NCBI RefSeq assembly: GCF_009914755.1
Contig: NC_060947.1
DNA: 64,000 bases
Strand: one strand, 5' to 3'
Source: the human T2T-CHM13v2.0 reference genome, Homo sapiens
A program made the translations under genes and the position numbers. Each line of letters opens with the position of its first letter. Positions within the stretch are counted from its first letter, which is position 1. Positions 59,101 through 64,000 of the stretch are shown here, piece after piece. The notes under the pieces are model-generated. The model was not told where the DNA came from and searched no databases. It worked only from the letters and a program-made list of their open reading frames with translations.

Positions 59101-60370
59101 GTAAGCATTACTTTGACTTAATCTCCTATATTTTGGTATGTTATTTTAAAAAATTCATATCAAAGTATTTCTAAATTCTCCTCTTCATTACTTCTCTGAT
59201 TGGTTATTTAAAAGTATGCTACTTAATTTCCATATTTTTTTTAATTTTACAAATTTCATTATCTTTCTTGTTTCTAATTTAATTTCAGTGTGTTCAGAGA
59301 ACATTCTATTATCTCAACTCTTTAAATCTATTGATGCTTATTTTATGTTGTAACATGTAGTCTATTTTGAAGAATGTTTCATGTGCATTCGAGATGAATC
59401 TGTATCCTCCTGTTGTTGCATGGAATGTTCTATAAATATCTTTTATGTCTAATAGGTTTATGGTTTTATTTGTCTTTTAAACATTTGTCTATCTTCTCCC
59501 TATTTGTCTTATACATTATTGAAAGAGGGTTATTCATATTTTTTTGTTTTATTGTTTAATTTTCTATTTTTCATTTCAATTCCCTAATTTTAATATATTT
59601 AATTACGACCTTTAAATACCTTCCTTTGCTTCTGGATTTGTGTTTACTTTGGGGAACACATTCCAATTCAGGCAGTTAATAAATCTGTTCTGGCTTTTAC
59701 TTAGTGTGTGCTCAAAGTCTCTCATTTATTCAAAAATAACTATCTAGTTAGAGTCTTCTCTAGTCTTTCCTGGGCATGTACAATCTTGCACAAGTGTGAA
59801 GGCTTCTAGATCCCTGAGTCTATTCTAAAGTTTATCAAGGCCCATCCTACCTGTCTTGATTCATGTAATTCCTATTTAATTTTTGGCTTATTTCCACGTA
59901 TACTGTGCTTGCCTTAGCCAAGATTTCATCTTCAGTCTTGCCATGGTGTTGGACTTCTTGGATAGTTTGCTATTGTTCCTGGATTGTCCTGCTATTGTTG
60001 TCAACAACATGCATCAGCAACAAGCCTCACTTCTACCCCAAGCTCTGGCCCATATTAAACATGTGCCTTCTTACGAGAAAATTAAACATCCTCACAGCCT
60101 GTCCCACCCTGGTTGAACTACTATACTATGGAGATGGGCTCCATGATGAAAGCATTTCCAGTCTAAAATGCCACAGTCTTCCACTGTTCCTACTAAGTTT
60201 CAGTAGATTTTTTTCCATGAAAAAGCACTTGCCAAATTTTTGTATGACTTTGTTGATTTTCTAGAGTCAGAAGTCTAGAAGTAATTGTCTTTGACATTTT
60301 TATTGAGTTGTATTAGTATTTGTTTTGAGGGAGAGCACTTGCCAAGCTCCTCACTTGTGTGTTCTGTGAG
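56110..60370 (-). mobile_element. Old L1M fragments (ORF2 and 5'-end pieces), split by LTR8A
   Basis: ENLKRPITSKNIESVIKNFP and KILASQIQQYIQRLIQH peptides. Confidence 0.72.
57814..58543 (-). mobile_element. LTR8A (ERV1) solo LTR
   Basis: Minus strand starts tgaaactgcctttgcaaaattactgaggaaattatgacagtg; perfect TSD CAAT at 57810-57813 and 58544-58547. Confidence 0.9.
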
Positions 60371-60479
60371 ATCTGGAGTATTCCAATGCTTTCCTATAGG
60401 TTATACTTCCACTCTCAAAGGCAATGTACAAAGGTTCTGTTTTCTCCACCCCTTCATTAAATGTCGAATCTGGACATGT

Positions 60480-60985
60480 TACTTCCCTGATTTACAAGCC
60501 TTCATTGTGCCGCAGCCCACCCTGAGTTTATTTTATAATTCATTTCATGATCAGATCTGGGTTGCCTTGCTACTGCTACCCTCTATCCCACATTTATCCT
60601 TTACAATTTCTAAAATGTGACATGTTTCATTATGCCTCCAGGCTTTTGTTCATATTACTCCATCAGCTTGGAGTATTCTTCCACCTGGATAATGTCTCTT
60701 AGTCTCTAAAGACCTAACATAAAAATCACCACACCTAGGAAGGCTCACTCTACTAACTTAGGCAGCTTTGGTGACAGTCACCATTGCTCTAATAGCATAC
60801 CTATTATTGCATATACATTTTGCATTGAAATTACCTGTTTCATATCATTAATTTTCCCAATTGACCATGACTTACTTTGAAACAAGAAGAACTACTCGTT
60901 GTTTTAATTCCAATGTCTAGAAGAGTGGTTAGCACATAGTAAGCAATAAATAACTACTGAATTGAAATAAACTTTAAATGAATCA
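60480..60985 (+). mobile_element. L2 3' end
   Basis: gcacatagtaagcaataaataactactgaattga. Confidence 0.65.
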
Positions 60986-61844
60986 ATGTGAAGCAGAGAC
61001 AGATGATTGCAAATCCAGAAGTCATAGAAATTACTTTCCATTGAGAATAATATATACCTGATTATGTGCAAATAACAATAATGAAGCCATCAGCAATAAC
61101 AACAGCTTCCTTTTATTGAGTTGCCAAAATGAGTCAGGTGTAGAATAAACGATTTATGTGTATTCTCATTTTATCTGCACAACACTTATAAGAAGTGCCA
61201 GCATTTTTATCTCTTTCAGTTTGGGATCAAGGCCATCTGAATATGAGATTTAATCAGCATGCATTTTATACTTACTAATATGATTTTCACTCATTTTTTT
61301 CTAATTTCTATTTATGTTATGCTTTGGATAGACTCTCCAAGCACATTTGCTCGCCAATGCCTTCATAATCCTTCTATAGTTCTCATCCTCTACAGGTTTA
61401 ATGAAGTAGGTAGATTTTTCCCTTAATTAGTAGATGAGAAAATTGGTAAATTGTTTAAATTTACATGTTTTAGGCAGGTAATATGTTTTATCAGAACTGT
61501 TTAGAGATAATTGGTAGAAGATTTAATTTCCTTCATTTTGAAGTGCAAGATATTCTTTCTATGAATTCTAATGTTTTAAAAGGGAAAAAACAACCTGCCC
61601 TTTCACTTATATATAGAAGACTGTTCTAGCTTTAGTTCTTCACTAATTTACTATATTTTATTAGAAACTGCTTCCATTTTTGGCCTAAGTTTGCTCAGCC
61701 TGACAACTAAGTCATTGAACTAAGTATTCTAAGATTGAGGTTCAGTATTCTGTGAGTGTCTAACACACAACAAATATATGTGTTGAAAAAATGAATGTAT
61801 GACTTTATTACCAAGGCTCCCAAAATTTTATCTTGTAAACATCT

Positions 61845-62272
61845 TATCTTAGTCCCTTTTGTGTTGCTATAAAGGAATACCTGAGAATGAGTAGTTTATG
61901 TAGAAAAGAAGGTTTATGTGGCTTTTGATTCTGATGGCTAGAAAGTTCAAGATTTGGCATCTGCTTCTGGTGAGTGCCTCAAGCTGCTTGCATTTATGAC
62001 AGAGGGCAAAAGGGAAGGTGCAGTGTGTGGAGATCACATGGAGATATAGGAAGCAAGAGAAAGACGGGAGAGGCCATGTTTTTTTTAACAACAAACTCTT
62101 GTGGGAACCAATAGAGTGAGAACTCACTCATCTCCTCCCCCAGGCTGAGCATTTATTTATGAAGGATCTGCCTCCCCCGTGACCCAAACCCTTCCCTCTA
62201 GGCCCTAATCGTAACATTGAGGATTAAATTTCAATATGAAGTTTGTAGCAGACAGAAATCCAAATCACAGCA
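61845..62272 (-). mobile_element. MSTB1/2 solo LTR
   Basis: Perfect 5-bp TSD CATCT at 61840-61844 and 62273-62277. Confidence 0.88.
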
Positions 62273-63172
62273 CATCTTTTGAACCTCCTTTCTCTTCTTT
62301 TTTTAACTACCATTTTTGAAGTAAGACTTGAACAATTGCAATGGTCTTTGAAATAGTTTTTCTGCCTCCAGTCTCACAGTGCTCCAAAGTTTTTCCGTGT
62401 ACCGGTGTACCACTCCCTTAATAAAAACTCCTCAGAAGAAACCTACATGATTTAGAAAAAGTTGAAAACTACTCATCACGGACTAAAAGACCTTTCATGA
62501 CCTGGTTTCAAGCAATGCTCAATAGAGCATTATTTAACATTCCATGAAAGTATAAATTTTATATGCTAGAACTTTTGTACACCTTAATTCTAATTTCTGG
62601 ATCAATCCCCCTCTCTCATTCTCTCTCTCACCCCACTCCTCTAAGCCCAAGGAGACACTGAATATCTCAGTTTGTGTCAACTGTCTACCTCCACAAAAAA
62701 CACTATGATCATAAGCATAGTGATACACAACAAACATATTGTTGTTAAAAATCATCCTTATTAGTCAAGTAGGCAATCCTCAGAAGAGGAGTGCTATGCA
62801 AATAATTCAAATGAGTGTCTATTATATTTATGATTTCAGACTATGAGTGATCATTATGTATGAGAAACAGCTTTAATAATACTGCTCCAAGCCCCTAATT
62901 TGGGGAATTTTTATCAAGATTATAAGTAAATAATACCCTCTTCCCTGACCAAGTTATGAGCCAATTGAGAGACAAGACAAATAATTCACAGAAGCTGGCC
63001 AAAATATCACCTTCATTATTAGTAAAGCTCTTATTAGATAATGTACCTTATATCTGCAATAAAAAAGTAGACTACTTAATCCTAAATCCCATAACTAGGC
63101 AGATTTGTCTACCCTGTCATTGGCAGCAGTAAATTAGGAAAGGTATTCCAATGGGGGGAGCAAATTCCCCAT

Positions 63173-63518
63173 TGTGTTAGTCTGTTCTCACGTGGCTATA
63201 AAGTACCCAAGTGTTGGTAATTTATAAAGGAAAGAGGCTTAATTGACTCACAGTTCCACATGGCTGGGGAGGCCTAAGGAAACTTACAATCATGGTGGAA
63301 GGGGAAGCAGGCACCTTTTTCACAAGGCGGCAGGAGAGAGGGTGTGCAGGAGAAAAAAAACCACCATTTATAAAACTGTCAGTTCTTGTGAGAATTCACT
63401 ATCATCAGAACAGCATGGGGAAGAATGTCCACATAATCCAATCCCTTCCCTTCTTCAGCACGTGGGGATTACAATTTGGGATGAGATTTGGGTGAGTACA
63501 CAGAGCCAAACCTTATCA
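63173..63518 (-). mobile_element. THE1D solo LTR
   Basis: tgtgttagtctgttctcac...cacagagccaaaccttatca; degenerate TSD cccat/ttcat. Confidence 0.88.
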
Positions 63519-64000
63519 TTCATTAAGATTTACAATATAAAAGGAACACATGAAAATAGATGCTTCCCATAAAATACTCTTCAGAGAGACTGGAGAGGAA
63601 GGGGCAGGGCTATTCATGTTCAGTTCCCCATCTGACTCATTCATTAGTAAACAGGAAATACATTTAGAAAGACTGAGTAAGTTTCCTCTACACGAAAACA
63701 GCATCAGGAGAAAAAAATAAATCCATAAGTGTTTACCCATAATGCCACCAAAAACTTACTAAATCACTGAGTAATTTACAGGAAACTGTCTTTTCAAAGC
63801 CTCAGAAGCATCAGTTGTTCCTAATGCACAGGCAGGTTTGGCAAATTCTATACTGCCTCACGGAATTAAGTTTGTATTGTATTCCGAGAGAACCCTGAAA
63901 AACTCTTAAGGGTCTTGATTAATTGAATAACAAAGTTTTATTTTGTAAAGGATCAATGTACATTTGTGTGAAAAACCTGTATCAACGATATTGATTAAGT

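Overview
Catarrhine primate (most likely human or great ape) AT-rich non-coding genomic DNA, largely made of nested transposable elements. These are L1MA/PB/PA/MC/ME LINEs, 14 Alu-family SINEs (FAM/FLAM to AluY), two ERV-L relics, a full THE1D provirus, MST/THE1/LTR8A/MER4A LTRs, a HERV-W LTR17 solo LTR nested in MER4A, a near full-length HSMAR2 mariner, and Tigger1 and Charlie fragments. I see no protein-coding exon, RNA gene or CpG island. The supplied ORFs appear to be repeat-derived or chance. I found no evidence of a new biological system. The most interesting signals are mutational footprints: (i) a 107-bp near-perfect local copy of old L1 sequence pasted 2.6 kb away, (ii) repeated fold-back inverted duplications of flanking DNA inside TA-rich expansions, (iii) a THE1D provirus whose two LTRs look like different variants, (iv) a TSD-less Alu+L1 fragment in ERV-L, and (v) a promoter-intact LTR17 with a mutated poly(A) signal. 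Subfamily names come from recalled consensus sequences and need RepeatMasker/Dfam confirmation. Boundaries of old elements are approximate.
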